Below are positions 48,362-58,611 of a stretch of 64,000 nt of DNA, in pieces. Location: NCBI GenBank assembly GCA_036517155.1, contig DATDXY010000019.1:9913-73912 (forward strand). Direction: 5' to 3'. The notes under the pieces were generated by a model. It searched no databases. It saw nothing but the letters and a program-made list of their open reading frames with translations, and was not told where the DNA came from. A program made the translations under genes and the position numbers. This DNA comes from Minisyncoccota bacterium. Its GTDB lineage: Bacteria > Patescibacteriota > Minisyncoccia > UBA6257 > 02-FULL-45-10c. The stretch's first letter is position 1. Every line of letters starts with the position of its first letter.

Positions 48362-48781
48362 TAATGGCTTGATAATTACGCATCGCTCTTTTCCTTCTCC
48401 GACGCTTTCCGTTTTCACGTCTGGCCGGGAAGCGAGTTCCATATGCACCAGACGCCGTTCATAGCCGTTCATCGCCGGCAAAGCTACTTCCTTTTTTTGG
48501 ACCAATACTTTCCGGGCGGCGGCCTTGGCCAGTTCCGTAATTAAATGTTCCCGCTCTCGGCGATAATTATTGATATCCACAATAAAAGTATTCAAACTGT
48601 GACGTTTGGCCACCAAATTCAAAACAATTTCCAGTTCCGAAATTAATTTCGGCAAGGCCTCTTTGGATTCCATATGGGAATCAAAAATAGTAATCCGGCG
48701 GCCCTCAATATCCACATCCACCGAAACATCTTTCAGGCCGGTAGTAACTATTTGTTGAATTGTTTCTTTAAAATCCGCCAT
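48359..48781 (-). CDS. jag: Short Jag/EloR-like RNA-binding protein (KH-like plus R3H)
   Basis: VDINNYRRERE, LPAMNGYERRLVH, TESVGEGKER; downstream of yidC. Confidence 0.8.
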   Translation of the reverse strand: MADFKETIQQIVTTGLKDVSVDVDIEGRRITIFDSHMESKEALPKLISELEIVLNLVAKRHSLNTFIVDINNYRREREHLITELAKAAARKVLVQKKEVALPAMNGYERRLVHMELASRPDVKTESVGEGKERCVIIKPL

Positions 48782-48785
48782 AGAA

Positions 48786-49430
48786 TCAAATTTTTACGGT
48801 TTTATTGATATAGATTTGTTGAATGATCGCGAATACAGAGGTTGCCAACCAGTACAATCCGACCGCGGATGGTAAATTGGTTAATATTACCAACGTCAGC
48901 ACCGGACCGATAAAAACCATCTGCCGTCCCATTCGTTCTGGCGCGGACAATTCTTTTCCCTCTTGAATTTTTGGCAAGGACAATTTCCCCTGAAAATACT
49001 GGGCAATTGCTGCTAAACCAACCATTACTATACTCTTATCTTGGAGGTTTATCAAATTCAAAAAAACCGGGTGAATACTAGAAAAATCACCCATAAACAC
49101 CTTATACAAGGCGATTAAAATCGGCAACTGAATGAACAAAATAAGAAAATTGGAAAACGGATTTACTTTATGGGTTTTGTACAACTCCATCATTGCCTGC
49201 GCTTGTTTTTCTTTGTTGTCTTTGTGATCGTGCTGAATCTGTTGAAGGAGTGGTTGAATTTTTTGCAGCAATAATTGGTTCTTGGCGCTCTTATAAAATA
49301 ACGGCAACAACACCAATCGAACTAAGAAAGTTAGGATAATAATTGCTATCCCCAGATCGTGAAATGCGGCATTTTCATATAAAAACATCAGGGTCTTCAA
49401 AAGCGGATTATAAAGAAAGGTGTTAAACAT
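48786..49430 (-). CDS. yidC: Membrane protein insertase YidC (short form)
   Basis: LGIAIIILT..VRL.LLPL, MELYK...NP, IQLPILIALY, GLYW. Confidence 0.92.
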   Translation of the reverse strand: MFNTFLYNPLLKTLMFLYENAAFHDLGIAIIILTFLVRLVLLPLFYKSAKNQLLLQKIQPLLQQIQHDHKDNKEKQAQAMMELYKTHKVNPFSNFLILFIQLPILIALYKVFMGDFSSIHPVFLNLINLQDKSIVMVGLAAIAQYFQGKLSLPKIQEGKELSAPERMGRQMVFIGPVLTLVILTNLPSAVGLYWLATSVFAIIQQIYINKTVKI

Positions 49431-49743
49431 TTTTAAAACATTGTTCTAATTGTAGGATAATTTCTGCCTTTGGTACACGCTTAATGGCAGAACTAACAAT
49501 AATCAACACATCCATTGACGGAATCATCGTAATATAAGTTTGTAAGGCTTGAAATATACTTCGTTTAATCTGATTTCTTTCTACGGCTTTAGCGGCTACT
49601 TGCTTGCTGACAATTATACCAAAACGGCAGTGGGGGAGGGTAGAATTAAAAAATTTTAATAAAAAAATGTCGCTTTTTTTAGTAAAACGACTTTTTCTAC
49701 CAACTACCCCTTGAATGGGCAGGCGATATTTTTTTGGCAGCAT
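49423..49743 (-). CDS. rnpA: Ribonuclease P protein component
   Basis: MLPKKYRL, RFGIIVSK, KAVERNQIKR. Confidence 0.88.
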   Translation of the reverse strand: MLPKKYRLPIQGVVGRKSRFTKKSDIFLLKFFNSTLPHCRFGIIVSKQVAAKAVERNQIKRSIFQALQTYITMIPSMDVLIIVSSAIKRVPKAEIILQLEQCFKNV

Positions 49744-49744
49744 A

Positions 49745-49879
49745 CTACGCCGCAAGACGATTTCGCCCCTTTTGCCGGCGGCGCGACAAAACTCTTCGGC
49801 CGCTGGAAGTCCGGCTTCGCTTTAAAAAGCCATGAGTACGTGCCCGTTTTCTCTTTTTGGGCTGATAAGTTCTGGACAT
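49745..49879 (-). CDS. rpmH: 50S ribosomal protein L34
   Basis: [18 protein letters not shown]...RRRQKGR; start moved to 49879. Confidence 0.96.
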   Translation of the reverse strand: MSRTYQPKKRKRARTHGFLKRSRTSSGRRVLSRRRQKGRNRLAA

Positions 49880-49957
49880 AGCCTTGAGCTTATCATACGC
49901 CTTTACAAACATCAACCATCTCATCACAATTAGGAGATATACTCCGGTCAAAATGAG

Positions 49958-49977
49958 TTTTCCACAGATTTTCCACA
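49958..49977 (+). promoter_or_regulatory. Two tandem DnaA boxes upstream of dnaA
   Basis: TTTTCCACA at 49958-49966 and 49969-49977. Confidence 0.7.
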
Positions 49978-50035
49978 CCTTATTAAGTTTTTCGGCTTTT
50001 GACGCTGGCGTTAGTAAAAACTAGAATTACCTTAC

Positions 50036-51412
50036 ATGGAAGAACTACAACAACTTTGGCAAACCGCGCTTGGAGAAATTGAATTACAAATTTCTCGGCC
50101 AAATTTTGTGACGTGGTTAAAAAATAGCCGGCTTTTAGACAAACAAGAAGGAGTTGCGGTTGTAAGCCTGCCCAATAATTTCGCTAAAGAGTGGGTGGAG
50201 AATAAATATCATAAAATTATTCTGGCCGCGCTTCGAAATATTGATGAGACCACGAAAAAGGTGGAATACACCATCGAGAGTAAATCTGAACAATTATTAA
50301 AATCCCGGCAACGGAAACTGCATCGCGCCGAAGAACCAGTATATGTGGAGCAATCGCCGCTTTTGGAATTGAAGATTGATTCTGAAACCAATCTCAACCC
50401 CCGTTATTCATTAAGTTCTTTTATTGTTGGTTCTTCGAATGAGTTGGCGTACGCCGCCGCTCAAGGAGTCATAAACGAAGTGGGGAAAAAATATAACCCG
50501 TTATTTTTTTACGGTGGGGTAGGATTGGGAAAAACCCACCTTATTCAAGGAATTGGCAATGAAATTAAAAAAGTGTATGAAAATAAAATTAAAGTTAGAT
50601 ATGTTCCTTCAGAAATGTTTTTAAATGAAGTGGTAGCTGGGATTCGTAATAAACGGATGGAGGATATTAAAGAAAAATATCGTTTTGTGGATGTTTTAAT
50701 TATAGATGATATCCAATTTATTGGTGGAAAAGAAAAAACAGAAGAAGAATTTTTCCATACTTTTAATGCGCTGTATGAAAATAATAAGCAAATTATCATC
50801 TCCTCAGATCGTTCCCCTCGATTCTTACCCACCCTACAAGAACGCTTAAGCTCTCGATTTGAGGGGGGGATGGTCTGTGAATTAAACCAACCCGATTTTG
50901 AATTGCGGGTAGCGGTATTAAAAACTAAACTCCAAGATAAAAACAACTCTCTGCCGGACGCGATTATTAACTTAATTGCCGCTAAAGCCCAAAGGAATTT
51001 TCGGGAATTAGATGGGATATTAAATCGAATTCTTTTTTATCAAAACACTAAACACTCTGCCATTTCTGAAAAAGCCGCGGAAGAACTCATTAACGAAACC
51101 ATCCAACAACCAATCAAAAACATAAACCCTAATAACGTTATTAAGGCAGTAGCGGATTATTTTAACGCCCCCATCACCGATCTCACGGGTAGGTCTCGCA
51201 AGAAAACCATGGTAGAACCGCGCCAAATTGCTATGTTTCTTCTGCGTGATATGTTAAATATGTCCTACCCATCTATTGGGGAAAAATTGGGGAAAAGAGA
51301 TCATACCACCGCCATTTATTCTTACGTCAAACTTTCCAAAGATATCGCGAAAAACCAAAATTTGAGTCAAAAAATTATTACCATTAAAGAAATGGTGGAT
51401 AAAATCGTATGA
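50036..51412 (+). CDS. dnaA: Chromosomal replication initiator DnaA
   Basis: YNPLFFYGGVGLGKTHL, LIIDDIQF, RDHTT. Confidence 0.98.
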   Translation: MEELQQLWQTALGEIELQISRPNFVTWLKNSRLLDKQEGVAVVSLPNNFAKEWVENKYHKIILAALRNIDETTKKVEYTIESKSEQLLKSRQRKLHRAEEPVYVEQSPLLELKIDSETNLNPRYSLSSFIVGSSNELAYAAAQGVINEVGKKYNPLFFYGGVGLGKTHLIQGIGNEIKKVYENKIKVRYVPSEMFLNEVVAGIRNKRMEDIKEKYRFVDVLIIDDIQFIGGKEKTEEEFFHTFNALYENNKQIIISSDRSPRFLPTLQERLSSRFEGGMVCELNQPDFELRVAVLKTKLQDKNNSLPDAIINLIAAKAQRNFRELDGILNRILFYQNTKHSAISEKAAEELINETIQQPIKNINPNNVIKAVADYFNAPITDLTGRSRKKTMVEPRQIAMFLLRDMLNMSYPSIGEKLGKRDHTTAIYSYVKLSKDIAKNQNLSQKIITIKEMVDKIV

Positions 51413-51614
51413 GAACTTATTTGAATAATAACCTGTGGATATATTCTTATTACTTTGTTGGTAAATTAACTAATAAACAACTAATCAAAAATCTTTTAAC
51501 ACCTAACCACAACTTTATTCAGTATGCTTGTGGAGAAAAATACTTGAATTTTATTAGAGATTTCCGATTTATCAACAGATTCTTAATTACCAATAACTAC
51601 TAGATATAAATATT
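51394..51614. other. Probable oriC (dnaA-dnaN intergenic region)
   Basis: DnaA-box-like 9-mers at 51394, 51434, 51529 (reverse) and 51569 (TTATCAACA), followed by an AT-rich trio-like run TAATTACCAATAACTACTAG. Confidence 0.75.
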
Positions 51615-52721
51615 ATGAAATTAATAGTATTACATACTAATTTAAAAAATGGGTTGGGGATTGTGTCTAGGGCTTTAGGGGAGGGTTCAAATCTTCCGAT
51701 TTTAAAAAACGTTTCTATTAAAACATTGAATAATAAGATTCGATTAGTAACTACTAACCTAGAATTAGCCGCTACTCATTATGTATCTGGAAAAATTATA
51801 GAAGAAGGTTCGATTACTGTGCCGTTTTCAATACTATACGGGATTGTTAGTAACTGCGACAGTGAACGAATCACTTTGGAGGTAAAAAATAATACGCTTT
51901 ATTTTCAAACCGATAATTATAATGCCCAAATTCAAGGCCTACCTGAAGAAGAGTTTCCAATTATTCCTAAAATTACCAACGATAAGAATTATATAATTAT
52001 TAATGCCGAATTATTAAAATCCTCACTCTTAAAAGTTGTTTCCGCAGTTCAAATTTCCGAAATTCGACCAGAAATTAGCGGAGTATTATTTAATTTCCAA
52101 TTAACTCATTTCAAGGTGGTTGGAACGGACAGTTTTCGGCTCGCGGAAAAAACTATTTCCGAAAAAGATTTTAAAAGTAATTTCCAAAGAGGATTTCAAG
52201 TAATTATTCCAATTAAAACCATTCAAGAAGTTATTCGGGTAATGAATAATGGTGATGTGGGAGTGTATATTGATCCAAACCAGATTTTATTTAAAACCGA
52301 AGAAGTAGAAATTATTTCCCGGCTTATTGACGGCGCGTATCCGGAATACGAAGCGATTATCCCAAAGGAATTCAGCATAGAATGCGATGTTTCTCAAGAA
52401 TCTTTTATGAATGCGGTTAAATTAGTGAGTAACGTCACTGGAAAAACCAATGATATTATCTTGAAAACTAAAGAAGGAAAAAAAGTATTGGAAGTGTATT
52501 CTGTAAATCAATTTGTCGGCGAAAATCGTTATTTGGTTCCAGCAAAGATTAAAGGCAAGGAATTTGAAGTAGCGTTTAATTGGCGCTATTTAATAGATGG
52601 ATTAAAAAACTTTGAAAGCGAAGAAATATATATAGGCGTAAATCAAGAAAACCGCCCAGTTTTACTCAGAACACCCAACGATTTTAGTTATTTCTATCTT
52701 TTAATGCCGATTAAGAACTAG
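51615..52721 (+). CDS. dnaN: DNA polymerase III beta clamp
   Basis: LPILKNV, TNLE, VGTDSFRLA, SRLIDGAYPEY, YLLMPI. Confidence 0.97.
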   Translation: MKLIVLHTNLKNGLGIVSRALGEGSNLPILKNVSIKTLNNKIRLVTTNLELAATHYVSGKIIEEGSITVPFSILYGIVSNCDSERITLEVKNNTLYFQTDNYNAQIQGLPEEEFPIIPKITNDKNYIIINAELLKSSLLKVVSAVQISEIRPEISGVLFNFQLTHFKVVGTDSFRLAEKTISEKDFKSNFQRGFQVIIPIKTIQEVIRVMNNGDVGVYIDPNQILFKTEEVEIISRLIDGAYPEYEAIIPKEFSIECDVSQESFMNAVKLVSNVTGKTNDIILKTKEGKKVLEVYSVNQFVGENRYLVPAKIKGKEFEVAFNWRYLIDGLKNFESEEIYIGVNQENRPVLLRTPNDFSYFYLLMPIKN

Positions 52722-55216
52722 CGAAAGAGGATGATTCGCTTTTCCACACTTTCCCCACCTTCTTTGATGAGACGCAGAGTAAGGTAATTTTGAGTATTCC
52801 ATTGGGATACGAAATTTGAGAATTGATAAGAGAAGTTTTTGGGGAATATTCCTTGCCGTTCATCGATAATCTGATTATTAAGTAGAAGTTGTATTTTTTT
52901 ATAAATATCAGCCGAACCAATTATCGCGTTAACAACCAAAGTGTTTGAGGAAATAAAATCTCCATTTTTCGGCGATTTAATTTCAATAACCGCCTCTTGA
53001 TTAGTGGTGAATATTTCTTCGAGAGCATCAGCGGGAAGAATCTGGTTATAAGATTGGTAAAAATTAGGAATATTTTGCTCTGCCCAACGAATTACCGGCT
53101 CCTCCCAATTTTTAAATTGGGAATCTTTTTCTGGATTTTGCGGGCGTTCTTCTAATGGCGTTTCTTTATTCACGTAAAAAAGGATGTCATGAATATGCGG
53201 ATAGACGATATTGCCAATTTTATATTTTACTACATAATCTCCGCGAAGCATGGCTTTATCCGGCGTGATTGGATCGGGTTTAGAAAAAGTGCTTAGCGGT
53301 TTATCTTTTAAAGCTTCTTTCATAAAATTACTCCACATTGGCAAGGCAGCAAGTAAGCTGCTGCCCTGTTGTTGCATGGCGATATTATCGTTATTGCCGG
53401 CCCATACTCCAACTACAAATTGCGGAGTGTAACCAATCGTCCACGCATCATGGTAATCGTTGGTTGTGCCGGTTTTTAATGCTACTTCTTGGTTCGGGAA
53501 AAGGGTGAGTGGCAAACTATTCACAAAGAGCGACGATCGCGCTTTTATATCCATGAGAACGTCATTAACTAGACGAACCGATTGTTTATCTGCTACTTCT
53601 TGTGAATTATCCCGATACGATTCCAAAGTTTCTCCTCGGCTGTTCGTAATAGAAATAATAAACGTTTGTTGACGACGGACGCCGTCTTGGGCGAATACCG
53701 AATACGCGCCCACAAGCTCTAAGAGCTTAATTTCTCCGCCCCCCAACACCAAAGAAAGGCCGTAACGACTTCGTTCGGTTAGTGTGGTGATGCCAAAATC
53801 TTTTGCTGTTTCCAAAGTATCATCAATACCCGCAAGATATAGTGTTTTTACCGCTGGAATGTTGATAGATTGCGCCAGAGCGTTACGAAGATTTACTGGC
53901 CCGCGAAAATAACCATCAAAATTGTGTGGGTGAAAACACTCATCATTCTCATTGGTAAAATCTACTTGCAGCGGACAACTAGGATTATTTGCGGCAAATT
54001 CTGTAGGAAGATCAAATACCATACTGTCTGGGGAATAACCCTTATAAAATGCCGTGTAATAAGCAAATGGCTTCATAGCCGAACCCGGTTGGCGCAATCC
54101 TTGGATGGCCACATTAAAATTTCCTTCAAAGTGGCAATTTTTTCCAGGGGCGCAGTCTTTTGGTTCTACTGGAGCAAAGTAATCTTTGGAACCAACCAGC
54201 GCTACTATCTGGCCATTAGTGGCGTCCTGAGCGACAAGGGCAGCGTTATGACCCTTATAAAGGTCGGTATTTCGGGCCGCTCCTTCTAGTACGGCTTTTT
54301 CCGCGATTTGTTGCAAATTCCAATCTAGGGTAGTAATCACATTGAGCCCAGAGGATTCAACAAAGTCCTCCCCATATTTACTATTAAGATATTCCTGCAC
54401 TGCAAGAACAAAATGCGGCGCCTTAATACCCGTTGCTTTAGGGGCGAATTCTAATTTCGCTCGTTGCGCGCGTTCCAACTCTTCTTTATCAATATAACCA
54501 GCCGTAAACATTTGTTGTAAAACAGAATCTTTTCTAGCGAGTAGTTCATCTAAATGGTTGCCCCACGGCGAATAATAACTTGGCGCGTTAGGCAAGCTGA
54601 CGAGCGTTGCGGCTTCGGCTAAAGTCAGATCTCCGGATTTTTTTCGAAAAAAAGTTTGACTGGCCGCTTCAATGCCGTACGCATTGCCGCCATAAGGAAT
54701 TTGGTTAAGGTAGAGATTCAAAATTTGATCTTTGGTATAGCGTTTTTCCAATTCAATCGCCACAAATAATTCTTTGATTTTTCTAGTTGCTGTTTTTTCA
54801 TCGGAAAGAAAAGCTTTTTTTGCTAATTGCTGGGTGATTGTGGAACCACCTTGGGAATATTGGCCGCTGATAAAATCTTTAAATAAAGCCCGGAGAATTG
54901 ATCGCCAGTCAAAGGCCGGATGATTGTAAAAATTGCCATCCTCAATCGCAATCGTCGCTTGTTTGACATAATCAGGTATTTCTTCAAATGGGATTATAGT
55001 TCGTTTCTCTTCGCCATGAATTTCGTATAATAAAACCTTGCCGGTTCGGTCGTAAATTTTTGTGGATTGATTTACTTTGCGTTGTTCAAATTGTTCTGGT
55101 TTTGGGAGGTCGTTGATAAGCAGCGCAAGATAAAACAAACCAGATACTCCAACCACCAAACTTCCCCAACCCGCGTAAGCAAGCCAGCGGGGGATTTTAG
55201 AATTACGGCGAGACAT
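52718..55216 (-). CDS. Class A penicillin-binding protein (PBP1A family)
   Basis: AIEDGNFY, QGGSTITQQL, RKIKE; transpeptidase SAMK, SIN, KTGT. Confidence 0.93.
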   Translation of the reverse strand: MSRRNSKIPRWLAYAGWGSLVVGVSGLFYLALLINDLPKPEQFEQRKVNQSTKIYDRTGKVLLYEIHGEEKRTIIPFEEIPDYVKQATIAIEDGNFYNHPAFDWRSILRALFKDFISGQYSQGGSTITQQLAKKAFLSDEKTATRKIKELFVAIELEKRYTKDQILNLYLNQIPYGGNAYGIEAASQTFFRKKSGDLTLAEAATLVSLPNAPSYYSPWGNHLDELLARKDSVLQQMFTAGYIDKEELERAQRAKLEFAPKATGIKAPHFVLAVQEYLNSKYGEDFVESSGLNVITTLDWNLQQIAEKAVLEGAARNTDLYKGHNAALVAQDATNGQIVALVGSKDYFAPVEPKDCAPGKNCHFEGNFNVAIQGLRQPGSAMKPFAYYTAFYKGYSPDSMVFDLPTEFAANNPSCPLQVDFTNENDECFHPHNFDGYFRGPVNLRNALAQSINIPAVKTLYLAGIDDTLETAKDFGITTLTERSRYGLSLVLGGGEIKLLELVGAYSVFAQDGVRRQQTFIISITNSRGETLESYRDNSQEVADKQSVRLVNDVLMDIKARSSLFVNSLPLTLFPNQEVALKTGTTNDYHDAWTIGYTPQFVVGVWAGNNDNIAMQQQGSSLLAALPMWSNFMKEALKDKPLSTFSKPDPITPDKAMLRGDYVVKYKIGNIVYPHIHDILFYVNKETPLEERPQNPEKDSQFKNWEEPVIRWAEQNIPNFYQSYNQILPADALEEIFTTNQEAVIEIKSPKNGDFISSNTLVVNAIIGSADIYKKIQLLLNNQIIDERQGIFPKNFSYQFSNFVSQWNTQNYLTLRLIKEGGESVEKRIILFR

Positions 55217-55303
55217 ATTGTTTTTATTGTATCATTTTCCTCCAAAATAAATCCCGCCCCATCAATATTGTATTGAAAGGGCGGGTACGATTACGGACTA
55301 GAA

Positions 55304-55507
55304 TTAATAACTATCGGTTTCATCTCCCCAGTCTTTGTCCAGTTTTTTTTCACCAAACTCATCATCTTCCTCATTGTCGTTGTCTGGTGATTCTAATTCC
55401 TCGGTTTCTATTGGTTTTTCATCCTCCTTGAAGTCAAAATCCCCATCGCTGTTTGGCTTTCTCTTCTTAAAAGCAATGGTTGGATTAAGAGTGATAACCG
55501 CGTGCAT
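55304..55507 (-). CDS. Small acidic hypothetical protein
   Basis: 67 aa, D/E-rich; own TTGACA-16-TATACT promoter (55609-55582) and downstream CCCGCCC/GGGCGGG hairpin. Confidence 0.5.
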   Translation of the reverse strand: MHAVITLNPTIAFKKRKPNSDGDFDFKEDEKPIETEELESPDNDNEEDDEFGEKKLDKDWGDETDSY

Positions 55508-55626
55508 TTCTGTACAATATCGTTATCGTTTTATAATGTTCTTTTTCTCGACTCCGGAAAAAGAAGGTATGATTTACCAAGAGTATAGGACACTTATTTT
55601 AGTTGTCAACCCCGTTCATATCCCCC

Positions 55627-56106
55627 TTAATTAAGGTCGTCGGTGACGTGATGATAAGCAGCGGTTAAGGCAACGGCTAGAGCGTCGCTGGCATCATCGT
55701 GGCCGCTGAGCGATGGGATTTTCAGGCTGATACAGACCATTTTAGCGATGGCTTTTTTATCCGCATGTCCGTAACCCGCTACGGTTTTTTTTATTGTTGT
55801 GGGATCGTATTCTCGGAAACGTAAGCCATGTTTTTGGATTTCCGCAATTAAGGCGCCACGAGTTTGGGCAACCGCAATGCCAGTTTTTCGATTTTTGGCA
55901 AAATAGATTTTTTCCACCGCCACCAGCGCCGGTTGCAATTCTTTCAACAACGCGGAAAAGCCTTGAACCGCTTCCTGGATTTGGATCGCCGGATCCCGGG
56001 AAATAATTTCTAAAGTCCCATAGCGCAGCAGCGACGGTTCCCGGTCATATTCAATGGCGCCGTAACCGATACGTGAACTTCCCGGATCAACACCAAGAAT
56101 AATCAT
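55627..56106 (-). CDS. ruvC: Holliday junction resolvase RuvC
   Basis: ILGVDPG, VAVEK, IKKTVAGYGHADK, DDASDALAVA. Confidence 0.95.
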   Translation of the reverse strand: MIILGVDPGSSRIGYGAIEYDREPSLLRYGTLEIISRDPAIQIQEAVQGFSALLKELQPALVAVEKIYFAKNRKTGIAVAQTRGALIAEIQKHGLRFREYDPTTIKKTVAGYGHADKKAIAKMVCISLKIPSLSGHDDASDALAVALTAAYHHVTDDLN

Positions 56107-56627
56107 GCGGAGGTAGTTACTCGCTGAATGTCATCGTGTTCTTGTAGAGCATCCACCAGCGCGGCGAGTTGGGTTTTGGCCGTTTCGGAAATTGATTGGG
56201 GAAACTTTGCTTCCCATTCCTTATTTTGGTTTTGAGCAAAAGACCACAAGACGCTTCCCGGGGTGGCGATTTTTGCATTGTGTTCAGAGAGTAGATGTTT
56301 GATTTCCGCAATCGTTCGGTTTTTATTATCCGTAATCGCTTCAATAATCAGCGCCGCCCCCTCCGGACCATAAGCTTCAATCACCAATTCCTCCAAATTT
56401 TTATTTTCAGAAGATTTATCAATCGCCCGCTCAATATTTTCTTGAGGCACATTGTTTTCCTTGGCTTTTTCCATCGCGGAACGAAGACGGGGATTGAACT
56501 GAGGGTTGGGCTCAGTCTTGGCGGCAATGGCAATGGCCTTAAGAAGCTTAGAAAATAGTTGACCGCGTTTTTTGTCCGCGGCGCCTTTATAGTTTTTTAT
56601 TTGTGACCATTTATTGTGTCCGGACAT
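56103..56627 (-). CDS. yebC: YebC/PmpR family protein (shortened)
   Basis: MSGHNKWSQIK, EAYGPEG, TDNKNRT. Confidence 0.9.
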   Translation of the reverse strand: MSGHNKWSQIKNYKGAADKKRGQLFSKLLKAIAIAAKTEPNPQFNPRLRSAMEKAKENNVPQENIERAIDKSSENKNLEELVIEAYGPEGAALIIEAITDNKNRTIAEIKHLLSEHNAKIATPGSVLWSFAQNQNKEWEAKFPQSISETAKTQLAALVDALQEHDDIQRVTTSA

Positions 56628-56741
56628 AATAGAATTTCAGCCTCGTTATAAGATAAAGATAGGATAAAGACACATAAAGTTCAATTAGACAATAATTTGC
56701 TTGAAGTTTTTAAAAAAAAGATTTACAGTCTAAGTATTATT

Positions 56742-58406
56742 ATGGCTCAGGAACTTGGTGGTATTCTATCCAAAGCGCGTCGAGAAGGAGAAGAGCGAGA
56801 TGCTCAGCGTCGCGCTACCAAGTCAGGTTTAAAGTATATTGAACTCGCAACGATGCCGGTGGAAGTGGACGCACTGGATTTAATTCCGGAAACTCAAGCA
56901 AAAACTGCCCGGGTTGCGGTGATTGAGTATAAAAATAAAAATGCGGTATTAGCAGTATCGAATCCAGACGAGTCCGCTGTTAAAACAATTACAAAAGAAT
57001 TAGAAACCAAAGGATTAAAAGTAAAAATTGTTGTAGTATCGCTGACTGGCCTGCAACACGCTTGGGAATTCTATAAATTTGTTGTGCCAAAAACCGCCCC
57101 GATTACTGGCAGAATTGATATTGATAAAGATAGGATCGAAGCATTAGAGAAAAAATTAACTACTCCAGAATTTGTTCGAACCGAAATTCAATCTTTTGAT
57201 TTTAGAAAACTGCCTACCGCTCAAGTGTTGGAAATCGTACTGGCCGGCGCTTTAGCTAACCGCGTATCGGATATTCACTTTGAGCCAGCCAAAGAGGAAG
57301 TAAAATTACGTTATCGAATTGACGGCGATTTGCATGATGTGATGGCGGATTTAGGCAAGCCGATTTATAGCCACCTTTCTTCGCGTATTAAACTGCTCGC
57401 CAACCTGAAACTAAACGTTCTAGATGAAGCCCAAGACGGACGAATTAGTATTGGCTTAGGCGGAAAGGATATTGAATTACGGGTGGCGGTAGCGCCATCG
57501 GAATTCGGCGAAGTAATCGTCATGCGTGTGTTGGATCCGGACGCGATCAGTTTGGGATTGACCGAACTGGGTTTGCGGAAAGATGATTTGGAAATTATTA
57601 AAAAAGAATTGAATCGGCCGAATGGGATGATACTCAATACCGGCCCGACCGGCTCCGGCAAAACCACGACGCTCTATGCCTTTTTAAAAGATAAATATTC
57701 TCCGGAAATAAAAATAATTACTATTGAAGACCCGATTGAATATCATTTGCCCGGCATTGAACAGACCCAAGTGGATCCGAAGGCAAATTATACTTTTGCC
57801 AACGGCCTGCGTTCGCTGATGCGCCAGGATCCGGACGTGATTTTAATCGGCGAGGTCCGGGATAAAGAAACCGCGACCATTGCGATTCAGGCGGCTTTAA
57901 CCGGCCATTTGGTTTTCTCTACTGTGCATGCCAATCAAGCCGCCGGGGCGATTCCGCGGTTAGTGGATTTAGGAGTGAAACCGACCAGTATCGGTCCGGC
58001 GCTTAATTTAATTATCGCCCAGCGTTTAGTGAAGCGCTTGTGCCCGAAGTGCAAAGTATCGGAAAAAATTGATGCAACCAAAAAAACCAAGTTAGAAAAA
58101 TTGGTGAAATCCTTACCAAAACGTGTAGATATCAAAGGATATTTGAAATTTGAACTTTACCAGCCGAAGGGCTGTAAAGCTTGCGGTGATAGCGGTTATC
58201 GCGGTCGAGTCGCTATTTATGAACTGCTGCAAATTACCAAAGAAGTAGAAAAATTAATGAGCCAAGAAGGCGGTGAAATTGAAATCCAAGAATTCGCTCT
58301 GCGGCAGGGGATGGTAACGATGCAACAGGATGGGGTGTTAAAAGCCCTGGAAGGCGTGACAACGCTCGAGGAGGTGGAGAAGATTACTGGTCCTTTAGAA
58401 ATTTAA
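56742..58406 (+). CDS. pilB: Type IV pilus assembly ATPase (PilB/GspE family)
   Basis: SDIHFEP, GPTGSGKTTT, LMRQDPDVILIGEVRD, CPKC/CKAC zinc motif; start set to ATG 56742. Confidence 0.9.
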   Translation: MAQELGGILSKARREGEERDAQRRATKSGLKYIELATMPVEVDALDLIPETQAKTARVAVIEYKNKNAVLAVSNPDESAVKTITKELETKGLKVKIVVVSLTGLQHAWEFYKFVVPKTAPITGRIDIDKDRIEALEKKLTTPEFVRTEIQSFDFRKLPTAQVLEIVLAGALANRVSDIHFEPAKEEVKLRYRIDGDLHDVMADLGKPIYSHLSSRIKLLANLKLNVLDEAQDGRISIGLGGKDIELRVAVAPSEFGEVIVMRVLDPDAISLGLTELGLRKDDLEIIKKELNRPNGMILNTGPTGSGKTTTLYAFLKDKYSPEIKIITIEDPIEYHLPGIEQTQVDPKANYTFANGLRSLMRQDPDVILIGEVRDKETATIAIQAALTGHLVFSTVHANQAAGAIPRLVDLGVKPTSIGPALNLIIAQRLVKRLCPKCKVSEKIDATKKTKLEKLVKSLPKRVDIKGYLKFELYQPKGCKACGDSGYRGRVAIYELLQITKEVEKLMSQEGGEIEIQEFALRQGMVTMQQDGVLKALEGVTTLEEVEKITGPLEI

Positions 58407-58407
58407 G

Positions 58408-58575
58408 GTTAAGAGTGCATTGATCTGTGGGCAAAGATTCGCTTGGCGCGAAAAGTGTAGGACTCTTTCAAAAAAGATTTAAAAGAGGTTAGAATTGCTC
58501 TGAGGAGTGGTCTCGCCGAAGCCAAACCATCCTTCAAAAATCAATTCCCGCCCACAGATCAATATACTCTTAACT
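58408..58575 (-). ncRNA. Candidate structured ncRNA, 6S-like rod
   Basis: 25 bp terminal inverted repeat (58408-58432/58550-58574); TTGACA(58611-58606)-17-TATACT(58588-58583) places +1 at the stem start. Confidence 0.5.
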
Positions 58576-58611
58576 ACGGGATAGTATATCATAAAGTAAT
58601 TATTTTGTCAA

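Noticed and set aside
51409-51603. 64 aa ORF between dnaA and dnaN
   Set aside because: It coincides with the AT-rich DnaA-box region and is better explained as oriC.
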